The notes under the pieces were generated by a model. That model was given only the letters and a program-made list of their open reading frames with translations, was not told where the DNA came from and did no database searches. A DNA stretch of 50,668 nucleotides, from positions 1 through 50,668 of the forward strand of contig CAYXNV010000006.1 of the NCBI GenBank assembly GCA_964466835.1, written 5' to 3'. Shown in pieces: positions 7,425 through 17,220 of this stretch. The stretch comes from an uncultured Gammaproteobacteria bacterium (GTDB lineage: Bacteria > Patescibacteriota > Patescibacteriia > Patescibacteriales > UBA12465). Position 1 is the stretch's first letter. Each line of letters begins with the position of its first letter. The position numbers and the translations under genes were made by a program.

Positions 7425-7883
7425 TTATTTTCTTTTTGTTAATGACCGCAATCGTCTATCTACTTCTCTTTTTTTAATAGACTCGCGTTTATCATATTTT
7501 TTCTTACCTCTAGCTACTGCAAATTCCAGTTTCAAAAAACTATGCTTAGTATATATTTTGAGAGGGATCAATGTCAAGCCTTGTTCTCCTGTTTTACCTA
7601 ATAGATGATTTATCTCCGAACGATTTAATAATAATTTTCGTTCTCTAGTTTGATTATAATCAACTAAGGTGCCAGCTTGTTTATATTTTGAAACCTGACA
7701 ATTAATTAAATATAATTCCGTCTTCCCGTCCTTAGTTCTAATGCTAATATAACTTCCTTTAAGGCTAGCCTGACCAGCTTTTATTGCCTTAACTTCATGA
7801 CCATACAAAACGAGCCCAGCTTCATGAGTATCTAGGATTTCATAATCAAATTTAGCTTTTTTGTTTATCGCTAGGGTTGGCAT
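7425..7883 (-). CDS. smpB: SsrA-binding protein
   Basis: NKKAKFDY, EAGLVLYGHEVK, RERKLLL, GKKKYDKR. Confidence 0.97.
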   Translation of the reverse strand: MPTLAINKKAKFDYEILDTHEAGLVLYGHEVKAIKAGQASLKGSYISIRTKDGKTELYLINCQVSKYKQAGTLVDYNQTRERKLLLNRSEINHLLGKTGEQGLTLIPLKIYTKHSFLKLEFAVARGKKKYDKRESIKKREVDRRLRSLTKRK

Positions 7884-9165
7884 AATTCCATTCTTTGAGC
7901 TTAGCGATTACTTTTTCGTTAGTCAAAATATTATTTAAATAATGATGATAGCTTGGTTCATTAATCATCTTTGAAACCTCTGGATTACCTTCATACATTT
8001 TTTTAAGTTCAGCAATTTTATTTTCAATTTCTTTTTTCTCAGGAGCAATTTTTTCTTTGATGGCTAACTCTCTGATTATTAAAGCAGACTTCACTCTTTT
8101 TACAGCGTTAGACATCATCTCTAACATCAACTCATCCTTAGTCTTTTTCATGTGACCAAGATAATCTTCAAATTTACCTCCTTGACGAACAACTGATTGT
8201 TCTAATTCAGCCATCATGTTTCGGCTTTCGCTTTCAACAACTGTTTCTGGCAAATCACCAAACTTAGTATTATTCATAATCTTTTCTAACATAGCGGCTT
8301 CATTGCGACTCTCTGTTTGTTTTTGTTTATCAGCTTTAATATTATCAGCAATTCCTTTTTTTAATTCTTCCATGTTCTTTAATTTAAACATCTCAGCAAA
8401 TTTATCATTCATTTCAGGAAGTTTTCTTTCAAATACTTCTTTTACCTTTACTTCAAAATCAACTTTTTTGCCTGCCAAATCTTTCTTATGATGATCTTGA
8501 GGATATTCTAATTGAAACTTTTTTTCTTCACCTTTTTTACTTCCTAAAATATTTTTATCAAAACCAGGAACAAAATAATCTTTACCAATCATAATTGCCA
8601 AATCTTTACCACCACTCTCTTCTAGTGGCACCTTGTCTAATAGCATTTTAATATCAACCATAACCTTGTCACCGTCCTTTACTTCTCTATCAACAGCCGC
8701 TTCAGTCGCTCTCATTTCCCTGAGATCATTAAGAGCCTTTTCAACCTCTTTATCATCAACCTTAACCTCTTCAATTTTAATATTTAAATTCTTATATTCG
8801 CCCAAAGTCATTTCTGGTAGTAACGGAACGACAACTTTATAGACGAAAGGGTTATCTGGAGCTAATTTAGTAATATTAACTTGAGGTTGACCAATCGCTT
8901 GTCTTTCCTTGGTAGTATTTTTCTGAATAACTTCATCAAGAGTACCATTAACAGCAAAACGACTAGCTTCTTCCAAGATAGCCATTTCTCCTACTTTTTG
9001 CTTAATAACTTCATAATTAGCCTTGCCAGGACGAAAACCTTCAATTTTTACATCTTTAGAAACTTTTTCTACTCCTTTATCAATATAGGGCTTAAACTCA
9101 TCTAGGGTTAATTCAACAGTGAGCTCAATTTGTGATTTTTCTAAATCTTTTTTAGATACTTGCAT
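7852..9165 (-). CDS. tig: Trigger factor
   Basis: GFRPGK ribosome-binding motif, FKBP-like middle domain, 437 aa. Confidence 0.96.
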   Translation of the reverse strand: MQVSKKDLEKSQIELTVELTLDEFKPYIDKGVEKVSKDVKIEGFRPGKANYEVIKQKVGEMAILEEASRFAVNGTLDEVIQKNTTKERQAIGQPQVNITKLAPDNPFVYKVVVPLLPEMTLGEYKNLNIKIEEVKVDDKEVEKALNDLREMRATEAAVDREVKDGDKVMVDIKMLLDKVPLEESGGKDLAIMIGKDYFVPGFDKNILGSKKGEEKKFQLEYPQDHHKKDLAGKKVDFEVKVKEVFERKLPEMNDKFAEMFKLKNMEELKKGIADNIKADKQKQTESRNEAAMLEKIMNNTKFGDLPETVVESESRNMMAELEQSVVRQGGKFEDYLGHMKKTKDELMLEMMSNAVKRVKSALIIRELAIKEKIAPEKKEIENKIAELKKMYEGNPEVSKMINEPSYHHYLNNILTNEKVIAKLKEWNYANPSDKQKS

Positions 9166-9343
9166 AGTTTAATAGTTATTATAAACAGGTCCAAAGACCT
9201 GCTTTTTATTATTTATGAGTTTATATTGTAGCACTTTATTGAGAAAAATCAAGGCTTAGATATAGTTATTATTGACAATATAAGGAAAACATTATAAAAT
9301 AATATATTCTTTTACAATTCAATAATTAATTAAAACTACTAAA

Positions 9344-9658
9344 ATGAGCAAAAACGAATACCTGCCGTCTCATAAAAATATTGTTCCTTTTATAGAAGAT
9401 CAATTTAAGAGTCATTTAGAAAATAAACTAAAAAATGATGGTCGTGATATCGCCATTGGTGCTATCTATGGAGCACTTATGATTTTGAAAGAAAGCTTCG
9501 TGCCCAAAGAAGATATTAAAACTTTAATTTCTAGCTTAATTCTTTTACAGCAAAAATATGCTAAAAAATATTCTCAAATAACAGAAGAAGTTAATCCCCA
9601 CTTCCTTTTATTAGATTCTGTTTTTACCGAAGCAATTAAAGATCTTCAAAGTCGATAA
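9344..9658 (+). CDS. Hypothetical protein (stand-alone unit)
   Basis: 104 aa; upstream TTGACA..TAAAAT promoter; terminator at 9676-9706. Confidence 0.65.
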   Translation: MSKNEYLPSHKNIVPFIEDQFKSHLENKLKNDGRDIAIGAIYGALMILKESFVPKEDIKTLISSLILLQQKYAKKYSQITEEVNPHFLLLDSVFTEAIKDLQSR

Positions 9659-9728
9659 AAGAAATTTATCAAATTAAAACACCCCTGTGTTACAAGGGTG
9701 TTTTTTATATCCAAATATATTCTTTAAA

Positions 9729-11741
9729 TTATATTAACAAAGCAACAATAAGGAGGGCGACAATATTAAGAACCTTAATCATTGGATTAATGGCTGGGCC
9801 AGCTGTATCTTTATAGGGATCACCAACTGTATCACCAGTCACAGCTGCTTTATGAGCATCTGATCCTTTGCCACCATGATTACCGTCTTCAATATATTTC
9901 TTGGCATTGTCCCAGGCGCCACCACCAGAAGTCATAGATACAGCCACAAAAATACCAGTTACGATTGAACCAACTAATACACCAGCTAAAGCTTCTAAAC
10001 CATGACCGACAAAAGCAAAGCCAACAATAATTGGAACTGCAACTGGGATTAGAGCTGGAACAACCATTTCTTTAATAGCTGACTTGGTGACAATATCAAC
10101 TGTGCGACCATAATCTGGTTTTTCTGTGCCCTGCATAATTCCCAATTTTTCCTTAAATTGTTTTCTCACATCTTTTACTACTGCACCAGCTGCTTTTCCA
10201 ACTGCAGTCATTGATAGGGCAGCGAAATAGAATGGTAATAGACCGCCAATAAATAAACCAATTAAAACATAGGGGTTGTCAATCATAAATTCAGCATTAC
10301 CACCACCAGTAATAATCTTGTGAGTATAGTCAGCAAATAAAACCAAAGCAGCTAAAGCAGCTGAGCCAATAGCATAACCCTTGGTGACAGCTTTAGTAGT
10401 GTTACCAACTGCATCTAATGGATCAGTAATATTTCTTACATCTTCTCCTAGCTCAGCCATTTCAGCAATACCACCAGCATTATCAGTAATTGGGCCATAG
10501 GCGTCCATAGTAACAATAATACCAGTCAAAGAAAGCATAGCCATAGCAGCAACGGCAATACCATAAAGGCCAGCAAAGAAATATGCTCCTAAAATAGCAA
10601 TAACAATAACAATGATTGGCCAAGCAGTTGATTTCATGGACACTGCCAAGCCAGCAATAACATTAGTACCATGACCAGTTTCTGATGCTTTAGCAATATC
10701 TTTCACTGGTTTAAATTTAGTAGATGTATAATATTCAGTGATGATAACTAATAAGGCTGTTACTACTAAACCAATCAAACTAGCAAAGTAGATGTTTAAG
10801 CTCATGGCTGAATCAGTAATTAATCTTTGAGAAATAAAATAGAACGCTACTGCAGCTAAAACTCCTGCTACTGCTAATCCTTTATATAAAGCCTTCATTA
10901 TATTCTTCTTCTTTCCCAAACGAATAAAGAAAATACCGATGATTGAAGTAATAATAGAAGCTGCTCCTAGAACTAGCGGATATAAAATAATATTAGGATC
11001 ACTAGAAAAAGTTAAAGCTCCTAAAATCATAGTAGCAATGGAAGTAACAGCATAAGTTTCAAATAAGTCGGCGGCCATACCAGCACAATCACCAACGTTG
11101 TCACCAACATTATCAGCAATTACAGCTGGATTTCGAGGATCGTCCTCAGGAATACTAGCTTCAACCTTGCCTACTAAGTCTGCCCCTACATCAGCTGCCT
11201 TAGTATAGATACCACCACCTAAACGAGCAAAGATAGAAATTAATGAACTACCAAAAGCAAAACCAATTAAAGCTTCTAGATTATGTTCAAGCCCCATTTC
11301 TTTACCAATAAAATAAAAGCCAGCTGTACCTAATAAGGCTAAACCGACCACTAACATGCCAGTTACACTTCCGCCTTTAACAGCCACCCTCATTGCTTTT
11401 GGCAAACCTTTGCGAGCTGCTTCAGTAGTGCGAACATTAGCTCTAACACTAACATACATACCAATATAACCAGTGAGACCAGATAAAATTGCGCCCAATA
11501 AGAAGGCGATAGCGGTTGGCCAATTTAACAAAAAGCCAATTACTAAAAATAAGATAATTGCTACAAATGCCACTGTCTTATACTGACGATTAAGAAAGGC
11601 CTTGGCACCCGCTTGAATAGCACTAGCAATTTCTTTCATCTTTTCATTGCCACCTGGTAAACGAAGGATAGAAGCGCCTACTAAGATGCCATAAATGATA
11701 GCTAAGATAGCGCTTCCAAAGATTAATATTGTTGTGTACAT
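9729..11741 (-). CDS. hppA: Membrane H+-translocating pyrophosphatase, K+-independent type
   Basis: [26 protein letters not shown]. Confidence 0.95.
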   Translation of the reverse strand: MYTTILIFGSAILAIIYGILVGASILRLPGGNEKMKEIASAIQAGAKAFLNRQYKTVAFVAIILFLVIGFLLNWPTAIAFLLGAILSGLTGYIGMYVSVRANVRTTEAARKGLPKAMRVAVKGGSVTGMLVVGLALLGTAGFYFIGKEMGLEHNLEALIGFAFGSSLISIFARLGGGIYTKAADVGADLVGKVEASIPEDDPRNPAVIADNVGDNVGDCAGMAADLFETYAVTSIATMILGALTFSSDPNIILYPLVLGAASIITSIIGIFFIRLGKKKNIMKALYKGLAVAGVLAAVAFYFISQRLITDSAMSLNIYFASLIGLVVTALLVIITEYYTSTKFKPVKDIAKASETGHGTNVIAGLAVSMKSTAWPIIVIVIAILGAYFFAGLYGIAVAAMAMLSLTGIIVTMDAYGPITDNAGGIAEMAELGEDVRNITDPLDAVGNTTKAVTKGYAIGSAALAALVLFADYTHKIITGGGNAEFMIDNPYVLIGLFIGGLLPFYFAALSMTAVGKAAGAVVKDVRKQFKEKLGIMQGTEKPDYGRTVDIVTKSAIKEMVVPALIPVAVPIIVGFAFVGHGLEALAGVLVGSIVTGIFVAVSMTSGGGAWDNAKKYIEDGNHGGKGSDAHKAAVTGDTVGDPYKDTAGPAINPMIKVLNIVALLIVALLI

Positions 11742-11763
11742 ACTTTTCTTAAATTATTTATAA

Positions 11764-13185
11764 TTATTTTTTAGTAGTTTTCTTTTCTTTTTTTACTTCT
11801 TCCTTTTCTTTTTTCTTGGCAGTGGTTTTCTTCTTAATTTCTTTTTTTTCTGGTTTTTCTTCATCTTTATCTTCTTTTTTCTTAGTAGTCTTTTTTTCTT
11901 TCTTATCATCCTTCTCTTTAGTTTTCTTTTCGGTCTTTTTTTCTTTTTTTTCTTTTTCTTTAGAATCATCTTCTTCTTCATCACCTTTAATTACCTTTTT
12001 TTCTTTGCCATCCTCAGTAGCTTCAATGATATCAATCTTCCAACCAGTTAATCGAGCTGCCAAACGAACATTTTGACCATTTTTGCCAATTGCTAAAGAT
12101 AACTTATCAGAACTAACCTTGACTACTGCTTTTTTTTCTTTCTCTTCTAGATCAATGTTAAGAATCTGGGCTGGTGCTAGGGCGTTAGCGATGAACCTAG
12201 CTTGATCTTCATTATATTCAATAATATCAATTTTTTCACCACCCAACTCATTAATAATGGTTTGAATGCGAGAACCGCGTTGGCCAACACAAGAACCAAC
12301 TGGATCAACATTTTCTGCTTCAGTATAAATAGCTACTTTAGAACGAGAGCCAGCTTCACGAGCAACTGCTTTAATTTCAACTAAACCATTGGCAACCTCT
12401 GGTATTTCTAAATAAAATATCTTTCTAAGAATCTCTTCAGAGCGACGGGAAAGAATAATTTCTGGACCTTTATGTCCTTCTCGCACTTCTTTTATAAATA
12501 CCTTAACTCTTTCGCCGGGGTTATAGCGTTCACCATATATTTGTTCTTCGGCTGGCAATAGACCAATTGCTTTACCTAAATCAACAAAAACGAAACGACC
12601 TTCACGACGTTGAACAATACCACCGACAACTTCATTTTCCTTGCCTTTAAATTCATCAAAAACCATATCTCTTTCCATCTCTCTTAACTTCTGAATAATA
12701 ACCTGTTTGGCAGTTTGAGCAGCCATGCGACCATAACTTTCGGGGATAGGTAATTCAGTAGTAATTTCATCGTCAATCTTAGCATCATGTTTAAGAATAA
12801 CCGCTTCCTTTAATTGAATATCTGTTTTGGGATTGAATTTTTTTACTTCTTCCTCTCCTTCTTCTTTTCTTTCTATTCTTTCTCCTCTAATCTTTTCTTC
12901 TTCCCTAATCTCTTCTTTTTTTATCTCTTTAACATCAGGATTATATAAATTCTTCAACATCTCAGCCTCTTCTTCTTCGGGAAGATCCTCAACTACTGTT
13001 TTTACATCAAAAATTTCTGATTCTCCAGTCTTGGGATCAAATTTAACCCTAATATTTTGATTGCGTTCACCATAGTCTTTGCGATAGGCAGCTGCTAGAG
13101 CCATTTCAATAGCAGTGATTACAGATTTATAATCCAGATTCTTTTCTTCGCAAAGTTGCTTAATAGCATTGCTTATATCTGACAT
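11764..13185 (-). CDS. nusA: Transcription termination/antitermination factor NusA
   Basis: GRMAAQTAKQ, S1 and KH domains, AREAGSRSK, AIGKNGQNVRLA. Confidence 0.97.
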   Translation of the reverse strand: MSDISNAIKQLCEEKNLDYKSVITAIEMALAAAYRKDYGERNQNIRVKFDPKTGESEIFDVKTVVEDLPEEEEAEMLKNLYNPDVKEIKKEEIREEEKIRGERIERKEEGEEEVKKFNPKTDIQLKEAVILKHDAKIDDEITTELPIPESYGRMAAQTAKQVIIQKLREMERDMVFDEFKGKENEVVGGIVQRREGRFVFVDLGKAIGLLPAEEQIYGERYNPGERVKVFIKEVREGHKGPEIILSRRSEEILRKIFYLEIPEVANGLVEIKAVAREAGSRSKVAIYTEAENVDPVGSCVGQRGSRIQTIINELGGEKIDIIEYNEDQARFIANALAPAQILNIDLEEKEKKAVVKVSSDKLSLAIGKNGQNVRLAARLTGWKIDIIEATEDGKEKKVIKGDEEEDDSKEKEKKEKKTEKKTKEKDDKKEKKTTKKKEDKDEEKPEKKEIKKKTTAKKKEKEEVKKEKKTTKK

Positions 13186-13288
13186 ATTATTATTTATTAA
13201 TATTTAACTTAGATAAATAAAAAGCTAATTGTAAAAACAACTAGCTTTGTATATATAATAGCATATTTAGGATTTTTGTCAAAATTCT

Positions 13289-13729
13289 TTAAATCGGATA
13301 CCAAGGGTCAACTCTGTTCTCTACCGCTGATCTAATTCGGAGTAAAACCCAACGAGAAATTGCCCAAGCACCCATGGTGACCATTAAACCAATAATTGCG
13401 TTTCTAATTTGAGTAGTTGAGTATTTAGTCTTCTCCTCATTACCGCCAGCCATCATATAACGATAACCAGCAATTAATAACAACACTAAAAAGACAATTG
13501 CTACAAAACCTAAAATAATATTAATTATCTTAGCAGCGATTATTCTTAAATCAGTTTTTTCATTCCCAAAAACCTGCCCAATTTCATTTAAGCCAGTTTG
13601 AGTCTCAAGCAGGGTTTCTGTACCGGCTGCTTGTACTGAAGAAGTTAATGGTAATAGTATAAAAGCTTGACTTAAACAGAAAAGAGATAGAATAATAAAA
13701 GAAAAAATATGCTTTTTAGTGATTTTCAT
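13289..13729 (-). CDS. Pilin-like membrane protein (TrbC/VirB2-like)
   Basis: Signal-like N-terminus, then TM-AGYRYMMAGGNEE-IRNAIIG-TM. Confidence 0.75.
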   Translation of the reverse strand: MKITKKHIFSFIILSLFCLSQAFILLPLTSSVQAAGTETLLETQTGLNEIGQVFGNEKTDLRIIAAKIINIILGFVAIVFLVLLLIAGYRYMMAGGNEEKTKYSTTQIRNAIIGLMVTMGAWAISRWVLLRIRSAVENRVDPWYPI

Positions 13730-13792
13730 AAATATGATATAATTGTCTTAGATATTAATATTATATAGAAATACTACTAAAAAAACAAGAAA

Positions 13793-15280
13793 ATGAACCT
13801 AGCTGCTGCCGTTGCTAAAAATACTTTCATCCAAATAATTGGCAAAATGGTCTCCACCCTTTTGGGGATTTTTTCTTTGGCCCTAATGACCCGCTACTTA
13901 GGGCAGGATGGTTTTGGTGAATATACAACCATAATAACCTTCCTCACCTTCTTTGCCGTAATTGCTGATTTAGGTATCACCTTGATAACTGCCCAAATGA
14001 TCGCTGGTGAAAAGGATAAAATCAAAGAAAGGAAAATATTAAATAATCTTTTCAGTTTACGCTTAATTTCAATATTAATCTTTCTTAGCTTAGCGCCATT
14101 ATCAGTCATCTTTTTCCCTTATAGCGCGGCTGTTAAATGGGGTGTGTTAATTGCTGCTATCTCTTTTGTTTTTCCAGCCTTGAATCAAGTTTTAGTAGGT
14201 TTGTTCCAAAAAAAGTTAAGCATGGATCGAGTTTCAATTGCTGAAATCGCCAGTCGAATAGTATTAATTATCGCAGTTATTTTAGCAATTGATTCAAACG
14301 CTGGTTTAAATGGAATTTTATTCGCCACAATTGCCTCGGCAGCGATTAATTTTATTCTCCACTATTTTTTCTCCTTTAAATTCGTTAAAATAAAATTAGA
14401 ATTTGATTTTTCTTTATGGAAAAAAATATTTACTAGATCTTGGCCCCTGGCGGTAACTATTGTCCTTAACTTAATCTACCTTCGAGCTGACACTTTAATA
14501 TTATCTATTTTCCGTGGACCAGGAGAAGTGGGATTATATGGAGCCGCCTATAGAATTATCGATGTCCTTACTACCCTACCCTTTATGTTCGCCGGAATTA
14601 TTCTGCCAATCCTAACTATGTCTTGGTTGGATAATAATCGTGAATATTTTAAAAAAGTGTTACAAAAATCTTTTGATTTTATGGCAATGATTGCCATCCC
14701 TCTGGTAGTTGGAGCTCAATTTCTAGCTGATCCAGTAATGTCATTAATCGCCGGTCGTGATTTTATTGCTTCGGGAGCAATCTTAAAAATTTTAATATTC
14801 TCTGTAGCTGCTATATTTTTAGGAACAATTTTCTCCCATGCTGTTATTGCTTTAAACAAACAAAGGGAGGTGATCCGTTTCTATATTTTTACTAGTATTA
14901 CCGCTTTAACCGCCTATTTTATTTTTGTCCCTAAATATTCCTATATCGGGGCTGCCAGTGTAACCATCTATAGTGAAGTAATGATTGCTATCTTTTGTAT
15001 CTACTGTGTCTTTAAAAACAGTCATTTTCTGCCCCGCCTAATAGTTAGTTTAAAATCAATTCTATCTGCTGGAGTAATGGGTTTAGTTATCTATTTGTTC
15101 CCCATCCAATACCAATCTACTTTAGGGGGACTAATCTTTATTATTGTCCTTGCTGCTCTAATATACTTTTTCTGTCTCTATTGTTTCGGAGGGATTAAGC
15201 CAGAAGATTTAAAAATGATTTTAAATAGAAAAGATAAGGGTGGTAATCGTCCCACCTATGAACCAGGAACTAATTTCTAA
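13793..15280 (+). CDS. Wzx-type oligosaccharide flippase
   Basis: TRYLGQDGFG, ADLG, RAD..EVGLYGAAYR; many TM helices. Confidence 0.9.
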   Translation: MNLAAAVAKNTFIQIIGKMVSTLLGIFSLALMTRYLGQDGFGEYTTIITFLTFFAVIADLGITLITAQMIAGEKDKIKERKILNNLFSLRLISILIFLSLAPLSVIFFPYSAAVKWGVLIAAISFVFPALNQVLVGLFQKKLSMDRVSIAEIASRIVLIIAVILAIDSNAGLNGILFATIASAAINFILHYFFSFKFVKIKLEFDFSLWKKIFTRSWPLAVTIVLNLIYLRADTLILSIFRGPGEVGLYGAAYRIIDVLTTLPFMFAGIILPILTMSWLDNNREYFKKVLQKSFDFMAMIAIPLVVGAQFLADPVMSLIAGRDFIASGAILKILIFSVAAIFLGTIFSHAVIALNKQREVIRFYIFTSITALTAYFIFVPKYSYIGAASVTIYSEVMIAIFCIYCVFKNSHFLPRLIVSLKSILSAGVMGLVIYLFPIQYQSTLGGLIFIIVLAALIYFFCLYCFGGIKPEDLKMILNRKDKGGNRPTYEPGTNF

Positions 15281-15283
15281 AAT

Positions 15284-16051
15284 ATGAATAATAATTTTCC
15301 AGAGATAATTTTTGAAGATGAAAACTATTTGGTAATAAACAAGCCAGCTGGCTTAGCTGTTCACCAGGGTGGGAATATCGCTGAAGAAACTTTAGCTGAT
15401 CTTTTGCTTGAAAAATATCCCGACATTGCCCAGGTTGGCGATGATCCGGTTCGTCCTGGCATAGTTCATCGCCTAGACAAAGAGGTTAATGGACTAATGG
15501 TAGTTGCTAAAAATAATAATAGTTTTCTTGATTTAAAAGATCAATTTAAAAATAGAGAAGTTTTCAAAAGTTACACTGCCTTAGTCCATGGTCAACTAGC
15601 TAAAGAAGAAGATAAAATTAATTTTACTATTAAAAGATCAAGTAGCGGTCACAAAATGGCAGCGATGCCATTAAATACCGAGGATTTATTAACCCGTCGC
15701 ACTCCCCAAAGTCGTGATCGAGGCAATATTGAGGGAGTCTTTAAAGCTAAAGAAGCAATTACTGAATTCAAAGTGATTAAAAAACTAATAAACTACACTT
15801 TAGTAAAAGTAAATATTAAAACTGGACGCACCCATCAAATTAGAGTTCATTTTTTCGCCTATGGTCACCCCTTGGTCGGTGATAATCTATACTCAACTCG
15901 GAAAACTAAAGAAAAGAATAAAAAAATAGATCTCAAAAGAATTTTTCTAATTGCCGATGAACTAAGTTTTAAAGACCTTGATGGAAAAAAGAAAAAATTT
16001 TCTTTAGATTTGCCAACTGAATTGCAAGCTATTTTAAAGGAATTAAAATAA
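15284..16051 (+). CDS. RluA-family pseudouridine synthase
   Basis: NKPAGL, HRLD, TGRTHQIRVH, HPLVGD. Confidence 0.93.
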   Translation: MNNNFPEIIFEDENYLVINKPAGLAVHQGGNIAEETLADLLLEKYPDIAQVGDDPVRPGIVHRLDKEVNGLMVVAKNNNSFLDLKDQFKNREVFKSYTALVHGQLAKEEDKINFTIKRSSSGHKMAAMPLNTEDLLTRRTPQSRDRGNIEGVFKAKEAITEFKVIKKLINYTLVKVNIKTGRTHQIRVHFFAYGHPLVGDNLYSTRKTKEKNKKIDLKRIFLIADELSFKDLDGKKKKFSLDLPTELQAILKELK

Positions 16052-16140
16052 TAATAATTATCAATCATTATTTTAGCTTTGACGCTATTTTTTATTTACA
16101 TTATAATAAAATAAGTTAATAAAAATCTAATTATAAATTT

Positions 16141-17139
16141 ATGAAGAAAAAATTTAATAAACTAGTAAATTCTAAATCATTTACTCGTATTATTCTACCA
16201 ATTATTTTAGTAATTGTTTTAGCTTTTATCGGCTATTCATCCCTTAAAGGCCCGGGCAAACTATTGAACAAAGAAGAGGCGATAGTAAAAGCGGAAGAAT
16301 TCATTAATAACTTCCTAATGCAAAGTGGCAATAAAGCAACTGTTCAAGAAATCACTGCTGAATATGGCTTATATAAACTAAAAGTTGATATTGTTAACGA
16401 TGTAGTTGAATCATATCTAACTAAAGACGGGAAATTATTCTTTCCTCAAAGTTTAGACATTGATGAAATTACCGGCAAGCAAACTACCAATAATGCCAAT
16501 CCTGCTAATATCGCAACTAATGTTCCCAAAAATGATAAACCAGAGGTAGAGCTATTTATTATGAGTTATTGTCCTTATGGTACTCAGATGCAAAAAGGAA
16601 TTCTGCCAGTTTTAGAAACTTTAGGAGATGAAATTGATTTTGAACTAAAATTTGTTGATTACATTATGCATGACAAAAAAGAAATAACAGAAAATTTAGT
16701 TCAATACTGCATTCAAGAAGAAGAGCCAAATAAATTAAATGATTACCTTAATTGTTTTTTGAAAGATGGTCAAAGTGATGCTTGTTTGACTGAGACAGGA
16801 ATTAATCAAAGAAAATTAAACAACTGTACTGCTAAAACTGACAAAAAATATAAGATAACCGATAACTATGAAAACAAAGTAGGCTATCGTGGTAGTTACC
16901 CTGGATTTGATGTTAATAAAGAAGATACTACTGAATATGGAGTTAATGGTTCACCAACTCTGATTATTAATGGCCAAGAAATTAGAAGTGGTCGTGATTC
17001 TGCTAGCTTATTAGGTACAATCTGTAATGCTTTTGAAGACCAGCCAAGTGAATGTCAAACTGAACTACCAAGCGCCTCACCAAGTCCTGGTTTTGGTTTT
17101 AACACCACCACTAACAATGCTGCCGCGACTTGTAATTAA
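16141..17139 (+). CDS. Membrane-anchored thioredoxin/DsbA-fold protein
   Basis: N-terminal TM; FIMSYCPYG; GVNGSPTLIING cis-Pro loop. Confidence 0.7.
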   Translation: MKKKFNKLVNSKSFTRIILPIILVIVLAFIGYSSLKGPGKLLNKEEAIVKAEEFINNFLMQSGNKATVQEITAEYGLYKLKVDIVNDVVESYLTKDGKLFFPQSLDIDEITGKQTTNNANPANIATNVPKNDKPEVELFIMSYCPYGTQMQKGILPVLETLGDEIDFELKFVDYIMHDKKEITENLVQYCIQEEEPNKLNDYLNCFLKDGQSDACLTETGINQRKLNNCTAKTDKKYKITDNYENKVGYRGSYPGFDVNKEDTTEYGVNGSPTLIINGQEIRSGRDSASLLGTICNAFEDQPSECQTELPSASPSPGFGFNTTTNNAAATCN

Positions 17140-17159
17140 ATAGATTTATTTAATAGAAC

Positions 17160-17190
17160 AAAAAGACCAGCTATATAGCTGGTCTTTTTT
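17160..17190. terminator. Bidirectional terminator
   Basis: AAAAAGACCAGCTATATAGCTGGTCTTTTT between convergent genes. Confidence 0.85.
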
Positions 17191-17220
17191 ATATAAGAGA
17201 TTCCATCTTATATTAAAACC

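Noticed and set aside
11793-11984. Lys-rich 63-aa ORF or frameshift product in nusA
   Set aside because: Alternate frame of the A-rich low-complexity tail, open by composition alone.
15284-16051. Inactive pseudouridine synthase (HRLDKEVNG instead of HRLDKDTSG)
   Set aside because: The catalytic Asp and the other motifs are intact.
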